Position numbers and translations under genes: made by a program. A stretch of DNA of 32,000 nt. It comes from Dubosiella newyorkensis (GTDB taxonomy: Bacteria; Bacillota_I; Bacilli_A; Erysipelotrichales; Erysipelotrichaceae). Position 1 is the first letter of the stretch, and each line of letters opens with the position of its first letter. The stretch spans positions 30,001 to 62,000 of the forward strand of contig NZ_MPKA01000062.1 in the NCBI RefSeq assembly GCF_001945605.1, read 5' to 3'. Of the stretch, positions 7,362 through 18,962 are shown one piece after another. The notes under the pieces were generated by a model. The model was not told the origin of the DNA, did not search any database, and saw only the letters and a list, made by a program, of their open reading frames with translations.

Positions 7362-8294
7362 ATGAATGCACTTAACACACTCCTTCCCGTTTTCTTCATG
7401 ATGGGACTAGGATTGATTTCCAATCAAAAACAATGGATCACTTCACAAGCGAAAGACGCGATCAAAGGCATGGTCTTTCATTTGCTGTTTCCGATCTTGA
7501 TCTTCAACATTTTGTTTACGACTTCGCTTCCTTCCGGATCCATTTGGATCGTCCTTTATATGCTGCTTGCTTTCTTGATCTGTTTTGGGATCGGAAAGCT
7601 CGTCACACCATGGATCTCACAAAGTTATGCGCGCGTGATCCCTTTTTTATTGACTACTTGCGAAGGTGGCAATCTCGCATTGCCTTTATTCATGACGATC
7701 GCCGCTCCTCAATTTCAAACGTATCCTGTCTTGTTCGATATGGCTGGGACCGTCGTTGTCTTTATGGTCATTCCTGTTCTTGTCGAAAAAGTGAAACATG
7801 GACAAGTAAGCTGGAAAGAAACACTGTGCAAGATCTTGAAGAATCCTTTTATTCTAGCGGTTATTTTTGGATTGCTCATGAACGTGTGCGGACTCCATCT
7901 CGTTTTGGAAAAATCGTCTTGGCTTTCCCTTTACAATAATTTGATCGATATGGCGACCAAACCCATCGTCTCGATCATCTTGTTTACGATCGGCTATGAA
8001 ATGAACATCACGAAAGAAACCCTTGTTCCGATTCTCAAGCTGTTTTCGATCCGAATCATTTTATATCTTTTGATCATCGCTGGTTTTTTTCTACTATTCC
8101 CGTACCGGATGGAGGAAAAGGCGTTTTGTATGGCGGTCCTGCTGTATTTTATGTGTCCAACGAGCTTCGCCCTCCCGATGCAGCTTGGCCCGATCTGCAC
8201 AAAAAAAGAACAAGAATTCATGTCCACGTTCATCTCGATTTTTATGTTCATCACGATGATCGTTTATACGTGTCTTGTCCTGTTTCTTGTCTAA
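7362..8294 (+). CDS. AEC (auxin efflux carrier) family membrane transporter
   Basis: 310 aa with about 10 TM segments. The N-terminus LLPVFFMMGLGLI... and the two-halves architecture are typical of the Mem_trans/AEC family. Confidence 0.8.
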   Translation: MNALNTLLPVFFMMGLGLISNQKQWITSQAKDAIKGMVFHLLFPILIFNILFTTSLPSGSIWIVLYMLLAFLICFGIGKLVTPWISQSYARVIPFLLTTCEGGNLALPLFMTIAAPQFQTYPVLFDMAGTVVVFMVIPVLVEKVKHGQVSWKETLCKILKNPFILAVIFGLLMNVCGLHLVLEKSSWLSLYNNLIDMATKPIVSIILFTIGYEMNITKETLVPILKLFSIRIILYLLIIAGFFLLFPYRMEEKAFCMAVLLYFMCPTSFALPMQLGPICTKKEQEFMSTFISIFMFITMIVYTCLVLFLV

Positions 8295-8295
8295 A

Positions 8296-8884
8296 TCAAC
8301 CCCATGATCTTGACGATAAAATAGCTATAAAAAAAGAAGAAATTGGTTTGCCGATCACGATGATCCAAAAAAACTTCCAAAAAGAAATCGAAGAAAGTCC
8401 TGCGATCATGCAAAGAAGGTCGTCGGGCGCGATCGGAAGAAAGATCCCGATCGCGAACAGTTTGGCAAAGTTTTTCGAATCTTGCAGCTTTTGATCGTAT
8501 TTATCAAATGTCTTCTGATCGACGAAATGTCTTAGAAGTCGTTTCCCATACTTTCGGACAAGCAAAAAGGCGATGCTTGAACCAATCAAAACTCCAATAT
8601 AGGAATAGAAAAAACCTTTCCACGTTCCGAAACAAAGCATCGCTAAAGAGCCTGACACCCCGCCTGGAAGAATAGGGAAAAAGAACTTGTAACGCTTGAA
8701 ACACGATAAACACAAGGGGACCGTAGACACCCGCTTTGGCAATGACGCGCTGAAGCGCTTTGGGATCTCGAAAATAATTGTGCCTGAAGAAATAATACAC
8801 AATAAAAAACAAGAGGATCGTTCCAAAAATCAGAAGGATCGTCTTCCATTTTGGATTCGAAGATTTAACGGATCTAGATTTCAT
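8296..8884 (-). pseudogene. TVP38/TMEM64 (DedA-related, SNARE-associated) family membrane protein interrupted by a +1 frameshift in an A5/T5 run
   Basis: The N-terminal part is in the frame of ORF 8504-8884 (...GVYGPLVFIVFQALQVLF) and the C-terminal part is in the frame of ORF 8296-8826 (PILPGGVSGSLAMLCFGTWKGFFYSYIGVLIGSSIAFLLVRKYG...). The frames meet at plus-strand AAAAA 8678-8682. Removing one base gives the family motif QVLFPILPGG. Total length is 589 nt, which is 1 mod 3. Confidence 0.75.
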
Positions 8885-8933
8885 AGGTATATCATAGAAA
8901 AGAACCCCTAAAAATCATAGGCTCGTGCTTTCT

Positions 8934-8970
8934 CATAAAAAAAATGTCAGCTTTCACTGACATTTTTTGT
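8934..8970 (-). terminator. Rho-independent terminator of the atp operon (symmetric, usable both ways)
   Basis: ATGTCAG-ctttca-CTGACAT stem-loop at 8944-8963, flanked by A8 and T6 runs, directly after the atpC stop. Confidence 0.7.
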
Positions 8971-10766
<1,796 letters not shown>

Positions 10767-10773
10767 TTACCTC

Positions 10774-11622
10774 CTAGTCTTTCAACGCGTTTGCGCCGCC
10801 CACGATTTCGGTGATCTCTTGGGTGATCGCGCCTTGACGGATCCGGTTGTACGCGAGCTCGAGCTGTTCTTGCAGCTCTGTAGCGTTGTCTGTCGCCGAC
10901 TCCATCGCCATGCGTCGAGAGGCTTGCTCACTTGTTTTTGATTCTAAATACAGTGAGTACAATAAAGATTTACATGCCAAAGGAATGATCTGCGAAAGCA
11001 TCGCTTCTTTTCCTGGCTCGAAAATCGTATCTTGTCCAATCGTTTGTTCCTGCTTTTCACCTTTTGAAACGGGCAGGATCGTCTCCAGCGTCGGAACGAA
11101 GGTGAGCGTATTCTTATAATGCGTATAGAGCACTTGGATCTTGGAGATCTTCTTTTCTTCGAAAAGATCAAGCGCCACTTGCATCTCGTTGGCCAGCTCC
11201 ATATAGGCTGTATCCTCGTTGAGATCGACGATCGAAGCGAATAAAGAAATGCCTTTCGCTTTGGCCCATTGGATCCCGCGTGATCCGATCATGACAAGAT
11301 CATCCTCTTTGTTTAGATCTTGCAGGACGGTGCGATAAATATTGGCATTGTATCCGCCACACAGCCCCATATCGGATGTGATCACGAACACGAAAGCTGG
11401 TTTTCCTTCATTTTCCTTTAAGAAGGGATTGTTTTTTCCTGCCGATTCGATCACAAGATCGAGAAGTTCATGGAGCCCTTTGGCGTATTCAACGTTTCGC
11501 TCCATCGCTTCTCTTTGTTTCGTAAGCTTGCTGCTGGCAACGAGCTGCATCGCTTTCGTGATCTTTTTAGTAGAATCGACCGAGGAGATCCGCGATTGGA
11601 TTTCCTGTCTACTTTGTGCCAT
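10774..11622 (-). CDS. atpG: F1 ATP synthase gamma subunit
   Basis: N-terminal [23 protein letters not shown] and C-terminal [22 protein letters not shown] are canonical gamma motifs. Confidence 0.95.
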   Translation of the reverse strand: MAQSRQEIQSRISSVDSTKKITKAMQLVASSKLTKQREAMERNVEYAKGLHELLDLVIESAGKNNPFLKENEGKPAFVFVITSDMGLCGGYNANIYRTVLQDLNKEDDLVMIGSRGIQWAKAKGISLFASIVDLNEDTAYMELANEMQVALDLFEEKKISKIQVLYTHYKNTLTFVPTLETILPVSKGEKQEQTIGQDTIFEPGKEAMLSQIIPLACKSLLYSLYLESKTSEQASRRMAMESATDNATELQEQLELAYNRIRQGAITQEITEIVGGANALKD

Positions 11623-13144
11623 CGCTCATTCCTTCGCTTAGTTCGAATTCCTTGGAATAGGCATCTAAAGCTGTCTTGATCTGCGAGATCAGATCGTCGG
11701 ACAACGCTTTGTCTTTATTGATCTGATCGATGATATACGGATATTCGCGCTCGATATATTGCAGCATACCATGCTCATAGACTAAGACCTTATCCACTGG
11801 CACATTTTTTAAATAATTGTATTTTGCCGAAAACAAAGAAAGAACTTCTTTAGCGACCGGCATTGGATCATATTGTTTCTGAATCAGAAGCTGTGTCAAA
11901 CGCTCTCCATGATTCAATATATCTGTCGTCGCGCTATCTAGATCCGATCCAAATTTCGCGAAGCTTTCCATTTCATGGAATTGAGCGAGCTCAAGCTTCA
12001 AAGAGCCCGATACTTGTTTCATCGCTTTGATTTGGGCGGCCGAGCCGACACGCGATACCGAAAGACCTGAGTCTACCGCAGGACGGATGCCCGCGTTGAA
12101 CATATCGGTCTTCAAGAAGATCTGTCCATCCGTGATCGAAATGACATTCGTTGGGATATAGGCTGAAATATCGCCCGCTTGCGTTTCAATGATCGGAAGA
12201 GCCGTCAAAGAGCCGCTGCCGTAGTTTTCATTCAATCGAGCCGCGCGCTCGAGAAGTCTTGAATGCAGATAGAAGACATCGCCTGGATACGCTTCACGTC
12301 CTGGTGGTCTTCTCAACAGCAAGGACATTGTACGATAAGCGACCGCGTGCTTGCTTAGATCATCATAGACGATCAGCACATCTTTTCCTTGCTCCATCCA
12401 TTCTTCTCCAATGGCGCAGCCCGCATAAGGCGCGATATATTGAAGAGGAGCTGGTTCCGATGCGGTCGCCACGACAATTGTCGTATACTTCATCGCATCG
12501 TGTTGTTTGAGCTTTTCTACGATCTGCGCGACCGTACTTGCCTTTTGACCGATCGCGACATAAATACATAAGACCCCGCTATCCTTTTGATTGATGATCG
12601 TATCGATCGCGATCGCTGTTTTTCCCGTTTGTCTATCTCCAATGATCAGCTCACGCTGCCCTCTTCCGATCGGGATCATCGAGTCGATGATCTTCAATCC
12701 TGTTTGAAGAGGAACGCTCACTCCTTTACGAGTCATAACGCCAGGCGCTACCCGCTCGACTGGACGCATTCGGTCTGTGTGGATCGGACCGGCTCCATCG
12801 ATTGCTTGTCCTAAAGCGTTGACGACACGGCCGACCATCGCATCTCCAACAGGAACTTCTACGATATGTCCTGTTCTTTTTACGAGATCGCCTTCCTTGA
12901 TATCGGTGTTGTCGCCCATCAATACAGCGCCCACCGAATCTTCTTCCAGGTTCATGACCATTCCATAGACATCATGCGGAAACAACAAAAGTTCGGACAT
13001 CATCGCGTCCTTTAGACCATAGACGGTCGCGATCCCATCACCGACGGAAAGGACGGTACCTGTTTCGCTCATTTCGATGTCTTGGTCTACATTTTTAATC
13101 TGGGCTTTGATCAGTTTGCTGATTTCTACCGGATTCAAACTCAT
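11609..13144 (-). CDS. atpA: F1 ATP synthase alpha subunit
   Basis: P-loop [18 protein letters not shown] and [27 protein letters not shown]; 511 aa. Confidence 0.97.
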   Translation of the reverse strand: MSLNPVEISKLIKAQIKNVDQDIEMSETGTVLSVGDGIATVYGLKDAMMSELLLFPHDVYGMVMNLEEDSVGAVLMGDNTDIKEGDLVKRTGHIVEVPVGDAMVGRVVNALGQAIDGAGPIHTDRMRPVERVAPGVMTRKGVSVPLQTGLKIIDSMIPIGRGQRELIIGDRQTGKTAIAIDTIINQKDSGVLCIYVAIGQKASTVAQIVEKLKQHDAMKYTTIVVATASEPAPLQYIAPYAGCAIGEEWMEQGKDVLIVYDDLSKHAVAYRTMSLLLRRPPGREAYPGDVFYLHSRLLERAARLNENYGSGSLTALPIIETQAGDISAYIPTNVISITDGQIFLKTDMFNAGIRPAVDSGLSVSRVGSAAQIKAMKQVSGSLKLELAQFHEMESFAKFGSDLDSATTDILNHGERLTQLLIQKQYDPMPVAKEVLSLFSAKYNYLKNVPVDKVLVYEHGMLQYIEREYPYIIDQINKDKALSDDLISQIKTALDAYSKEFELSEGMSDGTK

Positions 13145-13152
13145 TGTTTCAC

Positions 13153-13686
13153 CTACTTTTCGTTTATTCTTTCTTTCAAGCTCGAAAGGCGCGTATCGAT
13201 CGTATTATCGATGACACGATCTTTCGCCTTGATGCGTATACCTGCGATCAATGATGGATCGACAGTGATATTCAGTTCAATTTTTTTCTTCAGTTTCTTC
13301 TCTAACAACTGCATTAGAGATTCTATTTGCGAATCGCTGAGCGGCTGCGCGCTCTCTACCGAAACTTCTTCTATACCTTGATCTTTGCGATATAGCGAAA
13401 GATAGTCTCGATAAACATCGTCAAGACGATATCCTAGAGAGTGATCGACAAGCACTTTCAGAAAATTCAAAACGGTCGGATCGCTTTCCTTTTTAAAAAT
13501 GGCTTCGATCCATTGGCGCTTCGTGTTCCGGTCGATCTTTGGATGGGCTAGAGCACTGACGAAATCTGGATTCTCATCCCAGACCATCTTCAATTCTTTC
13601 AGATCTTCTAAATACGCCTTTTCTTTTCCGTCTTCTTTCGCAATATCAAACAATGCGGAAGCATAAGGCTGCATGGAATTTACCAT
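13153..13686 (-). CDS. atpH: F1 ATP synthase delta (OSCP) subunit
   Basis: It sits between atpF and atpA. The N-terminal YASALFDIA is typical of OSCP/delta; 177 aa. An alternative start at Met5 is possible. Confidence 0.85.
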   Translation of the reverse strand: MVNSMQPYASALFDIAKEDGKEKAYLEDLKELKMVWDENPDFVSALAHPKIDRNTKRQWIEAIFKKESDPTVLNFLKVLVDHSLGYRLDDVYRDYLSLYRKDQGIEEVSVESAQPLSDSQIESLMQLLEKKLKKKIELNITVDPSLIAGIRIKAKDRVIDNTIDTRLSSLKERINEK

Positions 13687-14195
13687 TCAGAACGCTCCGC
13701 TTGTTTTAAGAAATCCTCTACGTACGCCTGCTGCACGGTTTCATCGACCTCTTTATGAACGAGGTTTCTAGCCACTTCGATCGCCACGTCGCTGATCGCG
13801 TTTTTCATATCTGCTTCCGCTTTGCGTTTTTCGCGGTCGATCTCTTCTTTAGCTGCATCCTTCAAACGATCCGCTTGCGTGGACGCTTGCGCGAGTATTT
13901 CTGCTTTTTCTTGGTTTGCTTGTTCTTTCGCCGACTCGATCAGAGCGTGGGCTTCTTGTCCTGCATGCTTCATCTTCTCGTCATATTGCGCTTTGATCTG
14001 AGAAGCTTCTTCCTTGAGCGTGATGGACGCGTCGATATTCTCCTGGATGAGATCTTGTCTCTTTTTCACAAAAGCGACCAGTTTGTTCCAGAAAAAATGC
14101 TTCGCGAACAAAACAATCAGAAGGGTCGAGATACAAACGAGAACGACGTCGGTGAACGAAATTCGTAAATAGTTGTCAATATTAAAATCGATCAT
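13680..14195 (-). CDS. atpF: Fo ATP synthase subunit b
   Basis: A single N-terminal TM helix is followed by a long charged coiled coil (KRQDLIQENI...AEADMKNA...). It sits between atpE and atpH. Confidence 0.9.
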   Translation of the reverse strand: MIDFNIDNYLRISFTDVVLVCISTLLIVLFAKHFFWNKLVAFVKKRQDLIQENIDASITLKEEASQIKAQYDEKMKHAGQEAHALIESAKEQANQEKAEILAQASTQADRLKDAAKEEIDREKRKAEADMKNAISDVAIEVARNLVHKEVDETVQQAYVEDFLKQAERSEW

Positions 14196-14213
14196 CGCCG
14201 ATCACCCTATATT

Positions 14214-14480
<267 letters not shown>

Positions 14481-14489
14481 TTAAATGGA

Positions 14490-15197
14490 TCATTCGGCTT
14501 CTTTACTCACTTGCTGTCCTAAGAAGAAGGAGCCAAGCGTAAAGAAGATATACGTTTGAATCACGCCAGAGAACACATCAAAATACATATGAATGAATGG
14601 GGTCAGCGTCAAGCCAAGATATCCCCATGGAGCAATGTTTTTGATGAGCGTATAGATCATGAGCGTGATGATACTGCCCGCTAGAATATTACCAAACAAA
14701 CGCATCGTCAATGAAATGGGTGGAGCGAGCTCTCCAATAATATTCAACGGCGTCAAAAGCCACATTGGTTCTGTCAATTCTTTGAGACGAGCGACAAAAC
14801 CGCCTTTCTTGATCGCTTGATATTGCCACATGAGCCACATCGTTACCGCAAGCGTTGCGTTGAAGCTTACATTCGATGTCGGGTTCTGCAGACCGATCAA
14901 TCCGGTCAAGTTCGATACGAGCATCAGCAAGATCAAAGTACCAAACATCGGTACATAATGAAGAGTCGTCTCTTTTAGATTTCCTTGGACGACGTATAAG
15001 ATCAAGTTATAGATCTCTTCACATACATATACAAGTCCTTTTGGCGCTTTCGATGGATCTGCTTTTTCGATCTTTTTTCCTGCAAAATAGAAAAAGAACA
15101 TCGAAAAGAAGCAAATGCATAGCCAAACAAAAATCGACTGCTGGATCTCGAGTTTGAAATCACCAATCCGAATGATGATCTCACTCACTTGGGACAT
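14490..15197 (-). CDS. atpB: Fo ATP synthase subunit a
   Basis: The conserved stator-arginine region is LTMRLFGNILAGS. The protein is 235 aa and multi-TM. Confidence 0.93.
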   Translation of the reverse strand: MSQVSEIIIRIGDFKLEIQQSIFVWLCICFFSMFFFYFAGKKIEKADPSKAPKGLVYVCEEIYNLILYVVQGNLKETTLHYVPMFGTLILLMLVSNLTGLIGLQNPTSNVSFNATLAVTMWLMWQYQAIKKGGFVARLKELTEPMWLLTPLNIIGELAPPISLTMRLFGNILAGSIITLMIYTLIKNIAPWGYLGLTLTPFIHMYFDVFSGVIQTYIFFTLGSFFLGQQVSKEAE

Positions 15198-15558
15198 TGT
15201 CTGCCTCCTTTCCTAATTTCATGGATACAAGAAGGATCGCGAGCTTATTGCATAAGATCCCGACAAGCATCGCTAGAACGGGAACATGCCAATACGCGAA
15301 AAACGCCATCACGCATCCATATAAACAAAAACGTAATACATAGTTCAAGCTTCCTTGTCTCTTGGCGTTGGGCTTTGACTCGATCGTTTTGCAAAAGCGC
15401 ACGATCGCCAAAAAACCTACGATTCCTAAGATCGTGCCGATCAAAACGCCAAATAGCGCCGGCCAAGAAAAAACGAGAAACGCGATCATCATACAAGGAA
15501 GCGCGAGGATGAGCGTGGAAATAAGGATCCTCTCGCTCAGCTTCTTAAGATCGTCCAT
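15181..15558 (-). CDS. atpI: ATP synthase protein I (AtpI-like small membrane protein)
   Basis: A 125-aa protein with four hydrophobic segments directly upstream of, and overlapping, atpB. Confidence 0.65.
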   Translation of the reverse strand: MDDLKKLSERILISTLILALPCMMIAFLVFSWPALFGVLIGTILGIVGFLAIVRFCKTIESKPNAKRQGSLNYVLRFCLYGCVMAFFAYWHVPVLAMLVGILCNKLAILLVSMKLGKEADNVPSE

Positions 15559-15730
15559 TCTTTTTTTTATCCTTCAAGATCAGCATCAAGAAGCTGCCGA
15601 TCAAAGCATACAAGACAAGAACGACGATAAAGATCGGTTTGGTATGAAACCACGTATCGAGCCAATACCCGATCAATAGGCAGACAAGCAAATTGACGAG
15701 CAAAAACCCAGAAAACTGTGTTGGCTTCAT
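15545..15730 (-). CDS. AtpZ/AtpI-family small membrane protein (putative F0F1-ATPase-associated subunit)
   Basis: 61 aa with two TM helices (GFLLVNLLVCLLIGYWLD...IFIVVLVLYALIGSFLML) in the first position of the atp cluster. Its ATG shares one base with the upp stop (TAATG). Confidence 0.6.
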   Translation of the reverse strand: MKPTQFSGFLLVNLLVCLLIGYWLDTWFHTKPIFIVVLVLYALIGSFLMLILKDKKKNGRS

Positions 15731-16365
15731 TACTTCGTACCAAAGATCCGATCGCCTGCATCCCCTAGTCCTGGAACGATGTATCCTTTTTCATTGAGAT
15801 GATCGTCCAAAGCCGCTAAATAAATATCGACATCAGGATGCAGCTCTTCGATCAATTTCACACCCTCTGGAGCTCCGACCAAGCAGACGAGCTTGATATT
15901 TGTCGCTCCTTGTTTTTTGACCATATCGATCGCTGCGGCACTCGAGCCACCTGTGGCTAGCATCGGATCGACGATGATCACAGTCGACTCTTCCATATGG
16001 TGCGGGTATTTTTCAAAATAAGGATGAGGTTCTAGCGTCTCCTCGTCTCGATACATTCCAATATGCGCGACTTTCGCGGTCGGAACGATCGAAAGGATGC
16101 CGCTGACCATGCCAAGTCCTGCGCGCAGGATCGGCGCAACAACAATAGGTGCAGCCAATGTATCGGCTTTTGTCTTGCAGATCGGTGTTTCGATCTCGAT
16201 CTCTTTGGTCGGAAGATCGCGGGTGATCTCATACACCATCAAGCCGCCGATTTCATCTAGATTTTCACGAAAATCTTTTGTACCTGTATTTTTATCTCTC
16301 ATCACGGTCAACTTGTGTCGAATCAGCGGATGATCAATAACATTCAACATTTTTTTCTTCACCAC
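15730..16365 (-). CDS. upp: Uracil phosphoribosyltransferase
   Basis: [24 protein letters not shown], the PRPP loop [13 protein letters not shown], and the C-terminal [17 protein letters not shown]. Confidence 0.95.
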   Translation of the reverse strand: MVKKKMLNVIDHPLIRHKLTVMRDKNTGTKDFRENLDEIGGLMVYEITRDLPTKEIEIETPICKTKADTLAAPIVVAPILRAGLGMVSGILSIVPTAKVAHIGMYRDEETLEPHPYFEKYPHHMEESTVIIVDPMLATGGSSAAAIDMVKKQGATNIKLVCLVGAPEGVKLIEELHPDVDIYLAALDDHLNEKGYIVPGLGDAGDRIFGTK

Positions 16366-16380
16366 CTTTGTTCATTTCCC

Positions 16381-16389
16381 ATTATAACA
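16381..16389 (-). promoter_or_regulatory. Candidate extended -10 (TGTTATAAT) for the upp-atp operon
   Basis: The minus strand reads TGtTATAAT about 25 nt upstream of the upp SD (AAAGGTGGTGA). The -35 is poor because it falls in the T-run of the upstream terminator. Confidence 0.4.
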
Positions 16390-16401
16390 AACCGCCTCTC
16401 C

Positions 16402-16441
16402 AAAAAAAACCATCGGACTACTTAGAATTCGTACCGATGGT
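16402..16441 (-). terminator. Rho-independent terminator of the dnaB-MBL transcription unit
   Basis: On the minus strand, ACCATCGG-16 nt-CCGATGGT is followed by T8. The 5' arm overlaps the last codons of the MBL gene. Confidence 0.7.
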
Positions 16442-17167
16442 CAAAATCTTAAATTGCTCAGCAGCTCGCACTTCGATTCCTTCTAAAGACTGCTTTTTTC
16501 TTGAAAATGTGGAATACAGAGTTTGAAGAGCGAGCTCATGCGTATTGGCTTCTTGGGAAAGATGGGCTAAGACGATCTCCTTTGTATTCGCATCGACAAG
16601 ATCTGCGAGATTGCTCGCGCTCTCTTCATTATTCAAATGTCCCAAAGGAGAAAGGATGCGCTGCTTCAAATAGGGTGGCCTTGAAGTTGACATAAGCATT
16701 TCGACATCATGATTGCTTTCGAAGATATAATAGGTCGCCCCTTTTAAATAAGGTTTGTTTGAATTGGCGATATAGCCAGTATCGGTCACATAGACAAGTT
16801 TTTCTGTCGCGCTTTCGATCACGAAGCCGATCGTATTTCCGGCATCATGAGAAAGAGGAATGATCAAGATCGAAAGATCTTTGATCTGCAATCGATCAAA
16901 AGGCTGCAGGTCTTCTTTGGCGCAACCGCTTAGATCACAATACGAATAGATTGGCACCGAAGAACAGAACTTGAGTCCTTTGATATGGTCTGAATGCGAA
17001 TGACTGACCAAGAGAGCATCCGTATCCTCGAGTCGAGCTCCTACTTGCTCTAAAGAAGAAAGCAAATACTTTTTGGTACATCCGCAATCGATCAAGATCT
17101 GGGCCGATTGGCTCCGCACTAAACAGCAATTTCCTTTGGAACCGCTGCACAATAAATCAATTCGCAT
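16418..17167 (-). CDS. MBL-fold metallo-hydrolase, YycJ/WalJ-like
   Basis: MRIDLLCSGSKGNCCLV...ILIDCG...LLVSHSHSDHIKGL (HxHxDH motif). The start is set at the ATG 9 nt after GGAGG; the ORF-track start is 9 nt further upstream. It overlaps the dnaB stop. Confidence 0.8.
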   Translation of the reverse strand: MRIDLLCSGSKGNCCLVRSQSAQILIDCGCTKKYLLSSLEQVGARLEDTDALLVSHSHSDHIKGLKFCSSVPIYSYCDLSGCAKEDLQPFDRLQIKDLSILIIPLSHDAGNTIGFVIESATEKLVYVTDTGYIANSNKPYLKGATYYIFESNHDVEMLMSTSRPPYLKQRILSPLGHLNNEESASNLADLVDANTKEIVLAHLSQEANTHELALQTLYSTFSRKKQSLEGIEVRAAEQFKILTIGTNSK

Positions 17168-18509
17168 ATACATCATCCTCCCGACTTTGCTCCCAAGCGG
17201 AAAACTTGGAAATCGACTTTTTAAAGACGAGCTTGATATCTCCTAATCCGCCATTACGATGCTTGGCGAGCGTCAGGTCGACAAGCTCGGTGTCACTTTG
17301 TTCTTCTTCGTCTTTTTCATAGTACTTTTCTCGGTACAAAAACATGACGATGTCCGCGTCTTGCTCGATCGATCCTGATTCACGCAAGTCAGCAAGCTGT
17401 GGACGATGATCCGTTCTTTTTTCGACTTCACGAGAAAGCTGCGACAAGGCGATCACTGGACAATCCAGCTCTTTAGCCAAGATCTTTAAGTTTCGCGAAA
17501 TATCCGAGACCTCTTGTTGTCTTGAATCGGCTCTCGTTCCGGTGATCAGCTGCAAATAGTCGATCACCACAAGCGAAAGCGCTCCATATTCACTTTTGAG
17601 CTTGCGGCATTTCGAGAAGATCTGCGAGACTTTGATGCTCGAGGTGTCGTCGATAAAGATCTTTCTTTCTCCTAAACGGGAGCTTCCTTCATTCAGCTTG
17701 TTCCAGTCTTGCGCATTTAGGCTGCCATTTCGAAGCTTGTTGCTTTCGACATTGCTTTCGGCGGATAATAAACGCTTCATCAAAGAGTCGGTCGGCATTT
17801 CCAGGGAGAAGATCGCCACCGCTTCTTCTTTATTGTGCTTTGCGACTTCCGAAGCGAAATTCAAGGCGAGAGCGGATTTTCCCATGGCCGGACGCGCCGC
17901 TAAAATGATCAAGTCGCCCCGCTGAAACCCATTCGTGTAGCGGTCAAGATCTGAATAGCCGGTCTTGATGCCGGTGATCCCTTCCATATTTTTGAGGCGG
18001 TTGAGCTCTTCCATAACGCGATCGATGATCTCGGCCGAGCTTTCGAATTCAGCGCCTCTTCGATGACGGGTCACATCCATGATGCTTCTTTCCGCATCGT
18101 CAAGCAGCGTGTCGATATCTTCGCTTGAATCGTACGTGTTTTCGGCGATCGTATCGGCGGCTAAGATCAGCTGTCGCATTTGGGCTTTGTTTTTGATCGA
18201 TTCGATATAAGAATTCGTATTCACTGGCGAGATCGCACTATCCATCAGTTGAATGATATAGTCGCTCCCGCCTGCTTGTTCGAGTTCGTTTTTATCTTGT
18301 AATCGAGCGATCACGTTGTTCAGATCGATCGGTTTGCCTGTTCCTTGCAGCTCCTGTATGACCGCATAGATCTTTTGATGGATCGGCAAATAGAATTCTT
18401 CATAATCGAGTCCTTGGTCCATACACGACTGCATGATGGAAGGATACACCATTAATGAGCCAAGCAAAGATTGTTCCAGGTTTTGAGAATTTGGCAGTTC
18501 TCTTGCCAT
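17157..18509 (-). CDS. dnaB: Replicative DNA helicase DnaB (DnaC in B. subtilis nomenclature)
   Basis: N-terminal P.S...EQSLLGSLM, Walker A AARPAMGKSALALN, Walker B VVIDYLQLI, and SQLSREVEKR. Confidence 0.97.
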   Translation of the reverse strand: MARELPNSQNLEQSLLGSLMVYPSIMQSCMDQGLDYEEFYLPIHQKIYAVIQELQGTGKPIDLNNVIARLQDKNELEQAGGSDYIIQLMDSAISPVNTNSYIESIKNKAQMRQLILAADTIAENTYDSSEDIDTLLDDAERSIMDVTRHRRGAEFESSAEIIDRVMEELNRLKNMEGITGIKTGYSDLDRYTNGFQRGDLIILAARPAMGKSALALNFASEVAKHNKEEAVAIFSLEMPTDSLMKRLLSAESNVESNKLRNGSLNAQDWNKLNEGSSRLGERKIFIDDTSSIKVSQIFSKCRKLKSEYGALSLVVIDYLQLITGTRADSRQQEVSDISRNLKILAKELDCPVIALSQLSREVEKRTDHRPQLADLRESGSIEQDADIVMFLYREKYYEKDEEEQSDTELVDLTLAKHRNGGLGDIKLVFKKSISKFSAWEQSREDDVYAN

Positions 18510-18512
18510 GGC

Positions 18513-18962
18513 TTACTCCTTTTCGCTCACATGCACTTTGATTTCGCCAATCACTTTGTTTTTGTAGAGATCGACTTTGACGATCGTTGTTCCAAGAGAA
18601 TTGATATCCACATCTTTATGGATCTTCTTTTTATCGATTTCGATGCCTTTTTGAGCCAACGCGTTCACGATCTGCTTGTTGGAGATCGAACCAAACACAT
18701 TGCCGTTCTTTCCTGCCTTTAGCTTGAATTCTAGCACGAGATCCTTCAGTCGTTCTTGGATTTCTTTAGCTTCTTGTTCTTTATTCGCCTCATCTTGCGC
18801 TTTGAGAGCTAGCTGTTCGTCGAGTTTATGTTTCGAGCCTTTGGTATAGGCGATCGCCATTCCGTTTTTGATCAAATAGTTATAGCCATATCCATCGCTG
18901 ACTTCTTTGATCTCATCTTTTTTACCGACTTTTTTAACGTCTTTCAACAATATTACTTTCAT
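18513..18962 (-). CDS. rplI: 50S ribosomal protein L9
   Basis: [31 protein letters not shown]... is the canonical L9 N-terminus; 149 aa. Confidence 0.95.
   Translation of the reverse strand: MKVILLKDVKKVGKKDEIKEVSDGYGYNYLIKNGMAIAYTKGSKHKLDEQLALKAQDEANKEQEAKEIQERLKDLVLEFKLKAGKNGNVFGSISNKQIVNALAQKGIEIDKKKIHKDVDINSLGTTIVKVDLYKNKVIGEIKVHVSEKE

Noticed and set aside
11609-11660. About 9-aa C-terminal extension of AtpA (tail ...[13 protein letters not shown]) overlapping the atpG start
   Set aside because: The length variation is within the normal range for alpha subunits. The overlap is ordinary translational coupling, not a sign of fusion or frameshift.
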